This document shows, piece by piece, positions 48,426 to 60,410 of a stretch of DNA of 64,000 nucleotides. The stretch is from Escherichia coli (GTDB lineage: Bacteria > Pseudomonadota > Gammaproteobacteria > Enterobacterales > Enterobacteriaceae): assembly GCF_003334255.1 (NCBI RefSeq), contig NZ_QOWU01000011.1. One strand, 5' to 3'. The notes under the pieces are model-generated. The model was not told the DNA's origin. It was given only the letters and a program-made list of their open reading frames with translations, and made no database searches. The stretch's first letter is position 1. Each line of letters opens with the position of its first letter. The position numbers and the translations under genes were made by a program.

Positions 48426-48457
48426 ACATATTTTCCGAATAAAGTGAGGAATCTGTA

Positions 48458-50233
48458 ATGAAAAAAATCAGCTTACCGAAAATTGGTATCCGCCCGGTTA
48501 TTGACGGTCGTCGCATGGGTGTTCGTGAGTCGCTTGAAGAACAAACAATGAATATGGCGAAAGCTACGGCCGCACTGCTGACCGAGAAACTGCGCCATGC
48601 CTGCGGAGCTGCCGTCGAGTGTGTCATTTCCGATACCTGTATCGCGGGTATGGCTGAAGCCGCTGCTTGCGAAGAAAAATTCAGCAGTCAGAATGTAGGC
48701 CTCACCATTACGGTAACGCCTTGCTGGTGCTATGGCAGTGAAACCATCGACATGGATCCAACCCGCCCGAAGGCCATTTGGGGCTTTAACGGCACTGAAC
48801 GCCCCGGCGCTGTTTACCTGGCAGCGGCTCTGGCAGCTCACAGCCAGAAAGGCATCCCAGCATTCTCCATTTACGGTCATGACGTTCAGGATGCCGATGA
48901 CACATCGATTCCTGCCGATGTTGAAGAAAAACTGCTGCGCTTTGCCCGCGCCGGTTTGGCCGTCGCCAGCATGAAAGGTAAAAGCTATCTGTCGCTGGGC
49001 GGCGTTTCGATGGGTATCGCCGGTTCCATTGTTGATCACAACTTCTTTGAATCCTGGCTGGGAATGAAAGTCCAGGCGGTGGATATGACCGAACTGCGTC
49101 GCCGTATCGATCAGAAGATTTACGACGAAGCCGAATTGGAAATGGCACTGGCCTGGGCTGATAAAAACTTCCGCTATGGCGAAGATGAAAATAACAAACA
49201 GTATCAACGTAATGCCGAGCAAAGCCGCGCAGTTCTGCGCGAAAGTTTACTGATGGCGATGTGTATCCGCGACATGATGCAAGGCAACAGCAAACTGGCC
49301 GATATTGGTCGCGTGGAAGAATCACTTGGCTACAACGCCATCGCTGCGGGCTTCCAGGGGCAACGTCACTGGACCGATCAATATCCCAATGGTGACACCG
49401 CCGAAGCGATCCTCAACAGTTCATTTGACTGGAATGGCGTGCGCGAACCCTTTGTCGTGGCGACCGAAAACGACAGTCTTAACGGCGTGGCAATGCTAAT
49501 GGGTCACCAGCTCACCGGCACCGCTCAGGTATTTGCCGATGTGCGTACCTACTGGTCACCAGAAGCAATTGAGCGTGTAACGGGGCATAAACTGGATGGA
49601 CTGGCAGAACACGGCATCATCCATTTGATCAACTCCGGTTCTGCTGCGCTGGACGGTTCCTGTAAACAACGCGACAGCGAAGGTAACCCGACGATGAAGC
49701 CACACTGGGAAATCTCTCAGCAAGAGGCTGACGCTTGCCTCGCCGCTACCGAATGGTGCCCGGCGATCCACGAATACTTCCGTGGCGGCGGTTACTCTTC
49801 CCGCTTCCTTACCGAAGGCGGCGTCCCGTTCACCATGACTCGTGTCAACATCATCAAAGGCCTGGGACCGGTACTGCAAATCGCGGAAGGCTGGAGCGTG
49901 GAATTGCCGAAGGATGTGCATGACATCCTCAACAAACGCACCAACTCAACCTGGCCAACCACCTGGTTTGCACCGCGCCTCACCGGTAAAGGGCCGTTTA
50001 CGGATGTGTACTCGGTAATGGCGAACTGGGGCGCTAACCATGGGGTTCTGACCATCGGCCACGTTGGCGCAGACTTTATCACTCTCGCCTCCATGCTGCG
50101 TATCCCGGTATGTATGCACAACGTTGAAGAGACCAAAGTGTATCGTCCTTCTGCCTGGGCTGCGCACGGCATGGATATTGAAGGCCAGGATTACCGCGCT
50201 TGCCAGAACTACGGTCCGTTGTACAAGCGTTAA
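48458..50233 (+). CDS. fucI: L-fucose isomerase, 591 aa
   Basis: Full [62 protein letters not shown]... Confidence 0.96.
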   Translation: MKKISLPKIGIRPVIDGRRMGVRESLEEQTMNMAKATAALLTEKLRHACGAAVECVISDTCIAGMAEAAACEEKFSSQNVGLTITVTPCWCYGSETIDMDPTRPKAIWGFNGTERPGAVYLAAALAAHSQKGIPAFSIYGHDVQDADDTSIPADVEEKLLRFARAGLAVASMKGKSYLSLGGVSMGIAGSIVDHNFFESWLGMKVQAVDMTELRRRIDQKIYDEAELEMALAWADKNFRYGEDENNKQYQRNAEQSRAVLRESLLMAMCIRDMMQGNSKLADIGRVEESLGYNAIAAGFQGQRHWTDQYPNGDTAEAILNSSFDWNGVREPFVVATENDSLNGVAMLMGHQLTGTAQVFADVRTYWSPEAIERVTGHKLDGLAEHGIIHLINSGSAALDGSCKQRDSEGNPTMKPHWEISQQEADACLAATEWCPAIHEYFRGGGYSSRFLTEGGVPFTMTRVNIIKGLGPVLQIAEGWSVELPKDVHDILNKRTNSTWPTTWFAPRLTGKGPFTDVYSVMANWGANHGVLTIGHVGADFITLASMLRIPVCMHNVEETKVYRPSAWAAHGMDIEGQDYRACQNYGPLYKR

Positions 50234-50239
50234 TACATT

Positions 50240-50330
50240 ACTCCCTGATGTGATGCCCGGTCGCTCCGGCTACCGGGCCTGAACAAGCAAGAGTGGTTAG
50301 CCGGATAAGCAATGTTATCCGGCTATATTG
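50240..50330. repeat. REP-like palindromes in fucI-fucK intergenic region
   Basis: gatgcccggtcgctccggctaccgggcctgaacaag and gccggataagcaatgttatccggc hairpins. Confidence 0.6.
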
Positions 50331-50341
50331 CAGGAGCGATT

Positions 50342-51760
50342 ATGAAACAAGAAGTTATCCTGGTACTCGACTGTGGCGCGACCAATGTCAGGGCCATCGC
50401 GGTTAATCGGCAGGGCAAAATTGTTGCCCGCGCCTCAACGCCTAATGCCAGCGATATCGCGATGGAAAACAACACCTGGCACCAGTGGTCTTTAGACGCC
50501 ATTTTGCAACGCTTTGCTGATTGCTGTCGGCAAATCAATAGTGAACTGACTGAATGCCACATCCGCGGTATCGCCGTCACCACCTTTGGTGTGGATGGCG
50601 CTCTGGTAGATAAGCAAGGCAATCTGCTCTATCCGATTATTAGCTGGAAATGTCCGCGAACAGCAGCGGTTATGGACAATATTGAACGGTTAATCTCCGC
50701 ACAGCGGTTGCAGGCTATTTCTGGCGTCGGAGCCTTTAGTTTCAATACGTTATATAAGTTGGTGTGGTTGAAAGAAAATCATCCACAACTGCTGGAACGC
50801 GCGCACGCCTGGCTCTTTATTTCGTCGCTGATTAACCACCGTTTAACCGGCGAATTCACTACTGATATCACGATGGCCGGAACCAGCCAGATGCTGGATA
50901 TCCAGCAACGCGATTTCAGTCCGCAAATTTTACAAGCCACCGGTATTCCACGCCGACTCTTCCCTCGTCTGGTGGAAGCGGGTGAACAGATTGGTACGCT
51001 ACAGAACAGCGCCGCAGCAATGCTCGGCTTACCCGTTGGCATACCGGTGATTTCCGCAGGTCACGATACCCAGTTCGCCCTTTTTGGCGCTGGTGCTGAA
51101 CAAAATGAACCCGTGCTCTCTTCCGGTACATGGGAAATTTTAATGGTTCGCAGCGCCCAGGTTGATACTTCGCTGTTAAGTCAGTACGCCGGTTCCACCT
51201 GCGAACTGGATAGCCAGGCAGGGTTGTATAACCCAGGTATGCAATGGCTGGCATCCGGCGTGCTGGAATGGGTGAGAAAACTGTTCTGGACGGCTGAAAC
51301 ACCCTGGCAAATGTTGATTGAAGAAGCTCGTCTGATCGCGCCTGGCGCGGATGGCGTAAAAATGCAGTGTGATTTATTGTCGTGTCAGAACGCTGGCTGG
51401 CAAGGAGTGACGCTTAATACCACGCGGGGGCATTTCTATCGCGCGGCGCTGGAAGGGTTAACTGCGCAATTACAGCGCAATCTACAGATGCTGGAAAAAA
51501 TCGGGCACTTTAAGGCCTCTGAATTATTGTTAGTCGGTGGAGGAAGTCGCAACACATTGTGGAATCAGATTAAAGCCAATATGCTTGATATTCCGGTAAA
51601 AGTTCTCGACGACGCCGAAACGACCGTCGCAGGAGCTGCGCTGTTCGGTTGGTATGGCGTAGGGGAATTTAACAGCCCGGAAGAAGCCCGCGCACAGATT
51701 CATTATCAGTACCGTTATTTCTACCCGCAAACTGAACCTGAATTTATAGAGGAAGTGTGA
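50342..51760 (+). CDS. fucK: L-fuculokinase, 472 aa
   Basis: ORF 50312..51760; ATG at 50342 ([21 protein letters not shown]...) preceded by GCAGGAG; upstream in-frame ATG at 50312 would give 482 aa. Confidence 0.93.
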
Positions 51761-51761
51761 A

Positions 51762-52184
51762 ATGCTGAAAACAATTTCGCCGTTAATTTCTCCCGAACTA
51801 TTGAAAGTGCTGGCAGAGATGGGACATGGAGATGAAATTATTTTTTCCGATGCTCACTTTCCCGCCCATTCGATGGGACCGCAGGTGATCCGCGCTGATG
51901 GCCTGTTGGTGAGCGACTTGCTCCAGGCGATTATCCCGTTATTTGAACTGGACAGTTATGCACCGCCGCTGGTGATGATGGCGGCGGTAGAAGGTGACAC
52001 TCTCGATCCTGAAGTAGAACGACGTTACCGTAATGCGCTTTCACTACAAGCCCCGTGTCCTGACATCATCCGCATCAATCGTTTTGCGTTTTATGAACGG
52101 GCGCAAAAAGCCTTTGCGATCGTTATCACAGGCGAACGAGCGAAGTACGGGAATATTCTTTTAAAAAAAGGGGTAACACCGTAA
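51762..52184 (+). CDS. fucU: L-fucose mutarotase, 140 aa
   Basis: Full [57 protein letters not shown]... Confidence 0.95.
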
Positions 52185-52241
52185 TCTCATACCGGTACGC
52201 CCGCATGACGCGGGCGGTTATCGAATGATGGGGTGAAAAAT

Positions 52242-52973
52242 ATGAAAGCGGCACGCCAGCAAGCGATAGTCGACCTGCTGCTGAACCATACCAGCCTGAC
52301 CACGGAAGCTCTCTCTGAACAGCTAAAGGTCAGTAAAGAAACCATTCGTCGCGATCTCAATGAATTACAGACGCAGGGTAAAATTCTGCGCAATCATGGA
52401 CGCGCTAAATATATCCACCGTCAAAATCAAGACAGTGGCGATCCCTTTCACATCAGGCTGAAAAGCCATTATGCGCATAAAGCAGATATCGCGCGCGAGG
52501 CGCTCGCGTGGATTGAAGAAGGGATGGTGATAGCCTTAGACGCCAGTTCAACTTGCTGGTATCTGGCACGCCAGTTGCCTGACATCAACATTCAGGTCTT
52601 CACCAATAGCCATCCGATTTGCCATGAACTCGGTAAACGCGAACGCATTCAACTGATCAGTTCCGGCGGCACACTTGAGCGCAAATATGGCTGTTACGTC
52701 AATCCCTCGCTGATTTCCCAACTTAAATCGCTGGAAATCGATCTGTTTATTTTTTCTTGTGAAGGGATCGATAGCAGCGGCGCACTGTGGGACTCCAATG
52801 CGATCAACGCTGATTACAAATCGATGCTATTAAAACGTGCCGCGCAATCGTTGTTATTGATTGATAAAAGTAAATTTAATCGTTCAGGGGAAGCCCGCAT
52901 CGGGCATCTGGATGAGGTAACGCACATTATTTCTGATGAGCGCCAGGTTGCAACTTCTTTGGTAACAGCCTGA
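52242..52973 (+). CDS. fucR: DeoR-family activator of the fuc regulon, 243 aa
   Basis: ORF 52233..52973 begins at GTG; ATG at 52242 (MKAARQQAIVDLLLNHTSLTTEALSEQLKVSKETIRRDL...). Confidence 0.94.
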   Translation: MKAARQQAIVDLLLNHTSLTTEALSEQLKVSKETIRRDLNELQTQGKILRNHGRAKYIHRQNQDSGDPFHIRLKSHYAHKADIAREALAWIEEGMVIALDASSTCWYLARQLPDINIQVFTNSHPICHELGKRERIQLISSGGTLERKYGCYVNPSLISQLKSLEIDLFIFSCEGIDSSGALWDSNAINADYKSMLLKRAAQSLLLIDKSKFNRSGEARIGHLDEVTHIISDERQVATSLVTA

Positions 52974-53016
52974 CGGAAAGGGTAGCAGGCCGGAGACGAC
53001 GCCCCGGCCTTGCCTG

Positions 53017-54117
53017 TTATCGCTCGTCGCGACGACCACCCACCGCAGCCCAGATGCGGCGGACGTGCACCGTCACTTCTTCGCGATCGTGATACAACTG
53101 CCGCGCCTGAATCTGAGCATTTATGCCATGTTCATCAAGCTGTGCCTGAATATACGCCAGATTGTGTGACACTTCTTCGTAGCGTTTTTTCATCGGCAGT
53201 TTGAGGTTGAAAATGGTTTCACGGCACCAGCCATTAACCAGCCACTGCGCCATCAATGCCGCAACTTTCGCCGGTTTTTCAACCATATCGCATACCATCC
53301 AGGAGATATTGCTGCGCGTCGGACGGAATTTGAAACCGTCTTCCCGCAGCCACGTCACCTGTCCGGTATCCATCAGACTTTGCGCCATCGGGCCGTTGTC
53401 GACGGAATAAACCCACATGTTGCGCTTCACCAGTTGGTAGGTCCAGCCGCCAGGGCAAGCGCCTAAATCCACCGCCCACATCCCGTTCGCCAGGCGTTCA
53501 TCCCACTCATCCGCAGGAATAAACACATGAAATGCCTCTTCCAGTTTGAGCGTGGAACGACTCGGCGCATCTGCCGGAAATTTCAGGCGCGGAATGCCCA
53601 TATAGAACGGCGAATTATTGTTGCTGTATGAGTAACCGGTATAGCAGCAGCCTGGTGCAATAAAGAATACATGCACAACCGGACGCTTCGGCGTTTCATA
53701 GTTCGCCAGCACCCCGGCATCGCGCAAGGCAGCGCGTAGCGGAACAGTAAATTTACGGCAGAATTTCAGTAACTCTTTGCTTTCGTTGGTATCGGCAACT
53801 TCAACACGCAGTTCACCGCCCTTCTCTACTACGCCCTGTAACATGCCGACAATGGGGGTAATACGATCTTCTGGCGGCAAATGCTGCAGGAGTTCCCCCA
53901 CCACAAACCACTGGCGGGCAAAAATTAATGAACTGAACGGCAGCTCACGGATTAACTTATCGCCATCATCAGGTTGATAACATTCATAAATGACATAACC
54001 CGCATTCTCTTTCACGCGGGCAAAACCGAAAATTTCCCGCTGGCCGGCTTTATCGGTAATTTCTGCGGCGCACTCTTTTTCAAAGCCCGGACGGCACAGC
54101 AATACAACCTTATTCAT
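53017..54117 (-). CDS. rlmM: 23S rRNA 2'-O-ribose C2498 methyltransferase, 366 aa
   Basis: Full [62 protein letters not shown]... Confidence 0.94.
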
Positions 54118-54505
54118 GACTTACGCCCTTGCGCTTTAAACGGATAGCACCAACTAACATTAACGCCCAGCCCGCGAGGAAGCTCACGCCGCCAACCGGA
54201 GTGACAAACGCCCACAAACGCAGATGGGACAGCGCCAGGCAATAAAGGCTGCCGCTGAACAACACCGTGCCTAACGCGAGGAAAACGCTACTCCAGTAAA
54301 ACCAGATACTGATGCGACGCTGCATTGCCACCGCCAGACCTAAGATCGCCAGCGTATGAAACGCCTGGTATTCGAGGCCGGTCTGGATCCAGCCCATCTC
54401 AACGGCCCCCATGGTTTTACTTAACACATGCGCGCCAAAAGCGCCCAGAGCCACAAAAATGAAGCCGCTAATGGCGGCGAAAATCAGCATAAAACGGCTG
54501 GTCAT
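54110..54505 (-). CDS. ygdD: DUF423 inner-membrane protein, 131 aa
   Basis: Full [53 protein letters not shown]...; 8-nt overlap with rlmM start. Confidence 0.92.
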
Positions 54506-54523
54506 GGTCGTACCCTACGTAAA

Positions 54524-55441
54524 TTATTGTTCATAACGAAAGCGGAATTTTTCTTGTTCAGCAGCGGCTTTCGCCAGGATCCATTGGCGAAAGGCGGCTA
54601 TTTTACCCAGTTCTGCCTGACTGTCATGACAAACCAGATAAAAAGCATTTTTACTGACCAGAACATCATTAAACGGGCAAACAAGACGTCCGGCCTCGAT
54701 TTCAGATTGCGCCATCACGTTATTTGCCAGCGCCACTCCCTGCCCGTGGATAGCCGCTTGCAGCACCATGGCGCTATGGCTAAAAATTGGCCCTTGCTGA
54801 ACGTTGATATGATTTAACCCCAACTGTCGGGTATATGTCTGCCAGTCACGGCGCGAAGCATCATGTAATAACGTATGTTTAGCCAGATCTTCCGGTGTCT
54901 TCAAGGGTTTTTCGCCAGTCAGCAGTAGCGGCGAACACACCGGCAATAAATATTCGGCGTACAGTTTTTCCACCCGTAGCCCCGGCCAGTTGCCCCGACC
55001 ATAAAATATCGCCACATCAACATCATCCGCCAGCTTATCTTCCTGACGATCAACCGCCTGGATTCGAACGTCAATTCCCGGATAAGCTGAATTAAAGCTG
55101 GAAAGTCGCGGAACCAACCAATGAATGGCGAAACTGGGGAGTAAACTGACCGTCAACGCCCCCTTGGCGCTACGGGCCTGGAGTTTACGCGTCGCTTCGG
55201 TTAATTGCGAAAATATCTCTTTGATATCGAGGAAATAGCTTTGCCCTTCCTCGGTCAGCAGGAGTGAACGATTACGGCGGCGGAACAGTTTTAGCCCCAA
55301 AAAATCCTCAAGAGACTTGATTTGATGACTTACTGCGGCTTGGGTCACAAAAAGCTCTTCTGCTGCGCGAGTGAAACTTAAATGGCGTGCTGCGGCATCA
55401 AAAACTCGTAAGGCATTTAGCGGTGGTAATCGTTTAGACAT
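54524..55441 (-). CDS. gcvA: LysR-family regulator of the glycine cleavage system, 305 aa
   Basis: Full ORF MSKRLPPLNALRVFDAAARHLSFTRAAEELFVTQAAVSHQIKSLEDFLGLKLFRRRNRSL... Confidence 0.96.
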   Translation of the reverse strand: MSKRLPPLNALRVFDAAARHLSFTRAAEELFVTQAAVSHQIKSLEDFLGLKLFRRRNRSLLLTEEGQSYFLDIKEIFSQLTEATRKLQARSAKGALTVSLLPSFAIHWLVPRLSSFNSAYPGIDVRIQAVDRQEDKLADDVDVAIFYGRGNWPGLRVEKLYAEYLLPVCSPLLLTGEKPLKTPEDLAKHTLLHDASRRDWQTYTRQLGLNHINVQQGPIFSHSAMVLQAAIHGQGVALANNVMAQSEIEAGRLVCPFNDVLVSKNAFYLVCHDSQAELGKIAAFRQWILAKAAAEQEKFRFRYEQ

Positions 55442-55534
55442 GGCTATTAAACTTTGATGTTAAATGAATTTAACAATTAGATCACACTATGTAACCTATT
55501 AGTTTTTTTAATCTGAGCCATTATAAATTGTCCG

Positions 55535-55563
55535 TTGAGCTTCTACCAGCAAATACCTATAGT
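55535..55563 (+). promoter_or_regulatory. gcvB sigma70 promoter (-35 TTGAGC, -10 TATAGT)
   Basis: Hexamers with 17-bp spacing ending ~7 nt upstream of the gcvB 5' end. Confidence 0.6.
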
Positions 55564-55569
55564 GGCGGC

Positions 55570-55775
55570 ACTTCCTGAGCCGGAACGAAAAGTTTTATCG
55601 GAATGCGTGTTCTGGTGAACTTTTGGCTTACGGTTGTGATGTTGTGTTGTTGTGTTTGCAATTGGTCTGCGATTCAGACCATGGTAGCAAAGCTACCTTT
55701 TTTCACTTCCTGTACATTTACCCTGTCTGTCCATAGTGATTAATGTAGCACCGCCTAATTGCGGTGCTTTTTTTT
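55570..55775 (+). ncRNA. gcvB: GcvB Hfq-dependent sRNA, ~206 nt
   Basis: ACTTCCTGAGCCGGAACGAAAAGTTTTATCGGAATGCGTGTTCTGGTGAAC...GT-rich region GTTGTGATGTTGTGTTGTTGTGTTTG...terminator GCACCGCCTAATTGCGGTGC + T9; divergent from gcvA. Confidence 0.93.
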
Positions 55776-55791
55776 ACCTTGCGATCGCGAA

Positions 55792-56019
55792 TTACTGATC
55801 CAGTTCGACCATCTCTTTCACGTCAGTACGGTTGATCTGCTGTTTGTTGCCATTAGCGTCTTTATACGAAATCATACCGGTATCGTTATCAGTCTGTGGT
55901 TTGCCGTCAGAGACGATGGTACGTCCGTCATTGGTGTGCATCACATAGTTCGAACCGGAACAGGCGCTCAGGGCAAAAGTCAGCATACAGGCAGAAATAA
56001 TTGCGGCAGTCTTTTTCAT
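55792..56019 (-). CDS. ygdI: DUF903-family lipoprotein, 75 aa
   Basis: ORF 55792..56022 ([23 protein letters not shown] lipobox ...); start could be either tandem ATG. Confidence 0.9.
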   Translation of the reverse strand: MKKTAAIISACMLTFALSACSGSNYVMHTNDGRTIVSDGKPQTDNDTGMISYKDANGNKQQINRTDVKEMVELDQ

Positions 56020-56210
56020 CATCTTCTCCTTAAAGCGATTAATAAATCTTAATAGTATTGATTAACAGGCTAAAATTAACGCCTAACACTATTCAGCATA
56101 TGTTACTTACGCGGCTTCGCCAGGATATCCAGATAATTCTGATGGTTAGCACTCTCCTTGTATCAAAGTGAATTTTGCGTCACGATCGGTGCATCAAGCC
56201 GAGGAGTACC

Positions 56211-57416
56211 ATGAACGTTTTTAATCCCGCGCAGTTTCGCGCCCAGTTTCCCGCACTACAGGATGCGGGCGTCTATCTCGACAGCGCCGCGACCGCGCTT
56301 AAACCTGAAGCCGTGGTTGAAGCCACCCAACAGTTTTACAGTCTGAGCGCCGGAAACGTCCATCGCAGCCAGTTTGCCGAAGCCCAACGCCTGACCGCGC
56401 GTTATGAAGCTGCACGAGAGAAAGTGGCGCAATTACTGAATGCACCGGATGATAAAACTATCGTCTGGACGCGCGGCACCACTGAATCCATCAACATGGT
56501 GGCACAATGCTATGCGCGTCCGCGTCTGCAACCGGGCGATGAGATTATTGTCAGCGTGGCAGAACACCACGCCAACCTCGTCCCCTGGCTGATGGTCGCC
56601 CAACAAACTGGAGCCAAAGTGGTGAAATTGCCGCTTAATGCGCAGCGACTGCCGGATGTCGATTTGTTGCCAGAACTGATTACTCCCCGTAGTCGGATTC
56701 TGGCGTTGGGTCAGATGTCGAACGTTACTGGCGGTTGCCCGGATCTGGCGCGAGCGATTACCTTTGCTCATTCAGCCGGGATGGTGGTGATGGTTGATGG
56801 TGCTCAGGGGGCAGTGCATTTCCCCGCGGATGTTCAGCAACTGGATATTGATTTCTATGCTTTTTCAGGTCACAAACTGTATGGCCCGACAGGTATCGGC
56901 GTGCTGTATGGTAAATCAGAACTGCTGGAGGCGATGTCGCCCTGGCTGGGCGGCGGCAAAATGGTTCACGAAGTGAGTTTTGACGGCTTCACGACTCAAT
57001 CTGCGCCGTGGAAACTGGAAGCTGGAACGCCAAATGTCGCTGGTGTCATAGGATTAAGCGCGGCGCTGGAATGGCTGGCAGATTACGATATCAACCAGGC
57101 CGAAAGCTGGAGCCGTAGCTTAGCAACGCTGGCGGAAGATGCGCTGGCGAAACGTCCCGGCTTTCGTTCATTCCGCTGCCAGGATTCCAGCCTGCTGGCC
57201 TTTGATTTTGCTGGCGTTCATCATAGCGATATGGTGACGCTGCTGGCGGAGTACGGTATTGCCCTGCGGGCCGGGCAGCATTGCGCTCAGCCGCTACTGG
57301 CAGAATTAGGCGTAACCGGCACACTGCGCGCCTCTTTTGCGCCATATAATACAAAGAGTGATGTGGATGCGCTGGTGAATGCCGTTGACCGCGCGCTGGA
57401 ATTATTGGTGGATTAA
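56211..57416 (+). CDS. csdA: cysteine sulfinate desulfinase / cysteine desulfurase, 401 aa
   Basis: ORF 56175..57416; start [35 protein letters not shown]... preceded by GAGGAG. Confidence 0.94.
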
Positions 57417-57859
57417 TGACAAACCCGCAATTCGCCGGACATCCGTTCGGCACAACCGTAACCGCAGAAACGTTACGCAATACCTTCGCACCGTTGACGC
57501 AATGGGAAGATAAATATCGCCAGTTGATCATGCTGGGGAAACAGCTTCCGGCATTGCCAGACGAGTTAAAAGCGCAGGCTAAAGAGATTGCCGGATGCGA
57601 AAACCGCGTCTGGCTGGGATATACAGTGGCTGAAAACGGCAAAATGCATTTCTTTGGCGACAGCGAAGGGCGCATTGTGCGCGGCCTGCTGGCGGTGTTG
57701 TTGACTGCCGTTGAGGGGAAAACCGCCGCCGAGTTGCAGGCACAGTCACCACTGGCATTGTTTGATGAGCTGGGATTACGTGCGCAGCTTAGCGCCTCAC
57801 GCAGCCAGGGGTTAAATGCGTTAAGCGAGGCGATTATCGCTGCGACGAAGCAGGTTTAA
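57416..57859 (+). CDS. csdE: sulfur acceptor protein CsdE (SufE-like), 147 aa
   Basis: Full [55 protein letters not shown]...; start overlaps csdA stop. Confidence 0.93.
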
Positions 57860-57909
57860 GCACAGAACCGGGTCGGATAAGACGTTCGCGTCTCATCCGA
57901 CCTGATTGT

Positions 57910-58716
57910 TTAACCCTGACGCGCCGCTTTCGCCATCATCTTCTTCAGCGCATGAGAAACCGCAACAAACCCAAAGGTGGCGGTCACCATCGTTGCCGCG
58001 CCAAATCCAGATGCACAATCCATCCGCTTCGGCCCTTCTGCCGTGGCTTTCATCGCACACACCGTACCGTCTGACTGCGGGTACACCAGCGCTTCAGTAG
58101 AAAACACGCAATCCACGCCGAGCTTACCTTTACTGTTTTTCACTACGCCAAAATCGCTTTTCAGGCGCTCGCGCAACTTCGCCGCCAGCGGGTCCTGAAT
58201 CGTTTTCGCCAGATCGGTAACCTGAATCTGCGTCGGATCAATCTGCCCACCCGCGCCACCGGTTGTGACCAGTGGGATTTTATTGCGCCGACAATAAGCA
58301 ATCAGCGCCGCTTTGGGCCGTACACTATCAATGGCATCAATCACGTACGAATAACCCACGCTCATATACTGCGCTACGTTATCCGGCGTCACGAAATCAT
58401 CCACCACCGTTACACGGCACTCCGGGTTAATCTGGCGAATACGCTCCGCCATAACTTCCGCTTTTGCCAGCCCAACGTTATCGCGCAGGGCATGAATTTG
58501 CCGATTGGTATTGGTGACGCACACATCATCCATATCGATAAGCGTGATTGCGCCAATCCCCGTGCGCGCCAGCGCTTCCGCCGCCCAGGAACCGACACCA
58601 CCGATACCAACCACACAAATATGCGCGTCAGCAAACAGTTGCAACGCTTTTTCACCATACAGACGCGCTGTGCCACCAAAACGCTGACGCCATGCATCAC
58701 TAATTACCACAGACAT
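57910..58716 (-). CDS. tcdA: tRNA threonylcarbamoyladenosine dehydratase (E1-like), 268 aa
   Basis: Full ORF MSVVISDAWRQRFGGTARLYGEKALQLFADAHICVVGIGGVGSWAAEALARTGIGAITLIDMD... Confidence 0.93.
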   Translation of the reverse strand: MSVVISDAWRQRFGGTARLYGEKALQLFADAHICVVGIGGVGSWAAEALARTGIGAITLIDMDDVCVTNTNRQIHALRDNVGLAKAEVMAERIRQINPECRVTVVDDFVTPDNVAQYMSVGYSYVIDAIDSVRPKAALIAYCRRNKIPLVTTGGAGGQIDPTQIQVTDLAKTIQDPLAAKLRERLKSDFGVVKNSKGKLGVDCVFSTEALVYPQSDGTVCAMKATAEGPKRMDCASGFGAATMVTATFGFVAVSHALKKMMAKAARQG

Positions 58717-58740
58717 AGCACCTCAGAATTAAAAAGGGCG

Positions 58741-58919
58741 AGGTTATCCCTCACCCTAAACGCATAAATGCCTGATGCGCTACGCTTATCAGGCCTACAT
58801 AACTCCTGCAATATTTTGGATTTGCATGATTTGTAGGCCGGATAAGGCGTTCACGCCGCATCCGGCATGAACAACGCGCACTTAGTCAATAATCAGGATG
58901 TGAGGTTACCCCTCACCCT
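58741..58919. repeat. REP/BIME cluster flanked by ~18-bp direct repeats, tcdA-mltA intergenic region
   Basis: REP palindromes gcctgatgcgctacgcttatcaggcctac and gtaggccggataaggcgttcacgccgcatccggca, flanked by GAGGTTATCCCTCACCCT (58741..) and GAGGTTACCCCTCACCCT (58901..). Confidence 0.7.
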
Positions 58920-58954
58920 GTCATATCCGTAAAAACGGCATACAGAATATCACA

Positions 58955-60052
58955 TCAGCCGCTAAAGACGTTACCTGCGCCCGGGGCGGTTTTCAGCACC
59001 CAGACACGTCCATAGTGGTTGTACCAACCTGCGCGGTGTCCGGCTTCCGGCCCGATCCCTTGATAGATATCGAAGTGTTGGCCTTTGATTGCACCACCGA
59101 CATCCAGCGCCACCATCAGACGCAGTTCGTACTGACCATTAAATTTGCCGTTATTATCCAGCAACGGCACTTCTGCCAGCAAGGTAGTACCTGGCGGAAT
59201 AATGGAACGATCAGAGGCAACTGACGCGCGACCAACCAGCGGCACCGCACTTGCCCCTTTCACCGGAGCAAAAGATTGCGGTTTAAAGAAGACGAAAGAC
59301 GGGTTCTGTTCCAGCAGCTCGCGAACCTCGGCTTCACTGTGTGTTTCGCCCCAGTGACGAATCGCCTGCATCGACATATCTTCTTTTTTCACTTCGCCAC
59401 GGTCGATCAGCACCTTACCAATGCTGCGATAGGCATGACCGTTTTTCCCTGCATAGCTGAAAAAGTTAAGCGGACTGCCATCACCAAAGTCGATATACCC
59501 ACTACCCTGCACATCCATAATGAAGTTATCCATCAGGGAGTTACTGTAAGCGAGAATATATTTATCACTCAATGCCCCCGCGTAGATCTCCGCACGAGAC
59601 GGCAGACGACCACGTTTTGGCGGCATACGGTAAATAGGATACTGGAACTCGCCCTGGCGGGTATGGCGCGCCTGAATTACCGGCGTGTAATAACCGGTAA
59701 ACTGCACGTTACCATAGTTGTCGGCACCTTCCATCTGCCAGGCATCAATGCCGAACTGGCGCATATTGCGGGTATCACCGCCTGCGCGCAGCCACTCTTG
59801 CACCGCGTTATAAACATTACTCTGGTTGCCATACAGACGCGGTGACGAATTACGGATATGGTTAATTTGCTCGGCAAAATCACCGGCGTTAATCGGCGCG
59901 CCAACGGCATCTGGCTGGTTCACCAGAGAGAAAGGCTGGGTAAATTTCCCGTCTTTATATTGCTGTCCGCGATCGGTTGGTTTGGAAGAGCAGGCGGCAA
60001 GCATTGCCACAACCGTGCCCATAAGAAGGTACTTTACCCAACGTCCTTTCAT
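58955..60052 (-). CDS. mltA: membrane-bound lytic murein transglycosylase A, 365 aa
   Basis: ORF 58955..60481 (spurious 5' extension runs antisense across the tRNA); start MKGRWVKYLLMGTVVAMLAACSS (lipobox). Confidence 0.94.
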   Translation of the reverse strand: MKGRWVKYLLMGTVVAMLAACSSKPTDRGQQYKDGKFTQPFSLVNQPDAVGAPINAGDFAEQINHIRNSSPRLYGNQSNVYNAVQEWLRAGGDTRNMRQFGIDAWQMEGADNYGNVQFTGYYTPVIQARHTRQGEFQYPIYRMPPKRGRLPSRAEIYAGALSDKYILAYSNSLMDNFIMDVQGSGYIDFGDGSPLNFFSYAGKNGHAYRSIGKVLIDRGEVKKEDMSMQAIRHWGETHSEAEVRELLEQNPSFVFFKPQSFAPVKGASAVPLVGRASVASDRSIIPPGTTLLAEVPLLDNNGKFNGQYELRLMVALDVGGAIKGQHFDIYQGIGPEAGHRAGWYNHYGRVWVLKTAPGAGNVFSG

Positions 60053-60219
60053 TGTTCTCTTCTTCAGGTTAAAAAATAAGGCGCAACGAAGATAACAAAC
60101 CGCCGCGTTTAATGAAATGAGCAGCCTCTCCCTGACGCAAATTTTGCACAAAAAATAGGCTTTAGTGATTTGTTTTTGTTCAAAATCATGCCAAATCCGT
60201 GATCGGGGTAAAAAAAAGG

Positions 60220-60247
60220 TTGCATGAAAACGCGAGCGGAGTATAGT
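60220..60247 (+). promoter_or_regulatory. sigma70-like promoter of the tRNA-fMet gene (-35 TTGCAT, -10 TATAGT)
   Basis: Hexamers with 16-bp spacer about 13 nt upstream of the mature tRNA 5' end. Confidence 0.55.
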
Positions 60248-60260
60248 GCGCATCCACGGA

Positions 60261-60337
<77 letters not shown>

Positions 60338-60345
60338 ATTATTGA

Positions 60346-60368
60346 ACACCCTAACGGGTGTTTTTTTG
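60346..60368 (+). terminator. rho-independent terminator after tRNA-fMet
   Basis: ACACCC-taac-GGGTGT followed by T7. Confidence 0.8.
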
Positions 60369-60410
60369 TTTCTGGTCTCCCATAAAAAAGCGCCATTCAG
60401 CGCCTTTTTA

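Noticed and set aside
48473-49325. Minus-strand ORFs of 249 and 179 aa inside fucI
   Set aside because: Fully antisense to fucI, which is a full-length match to the known isomerase; no RBS; composition typical of antisense frames.
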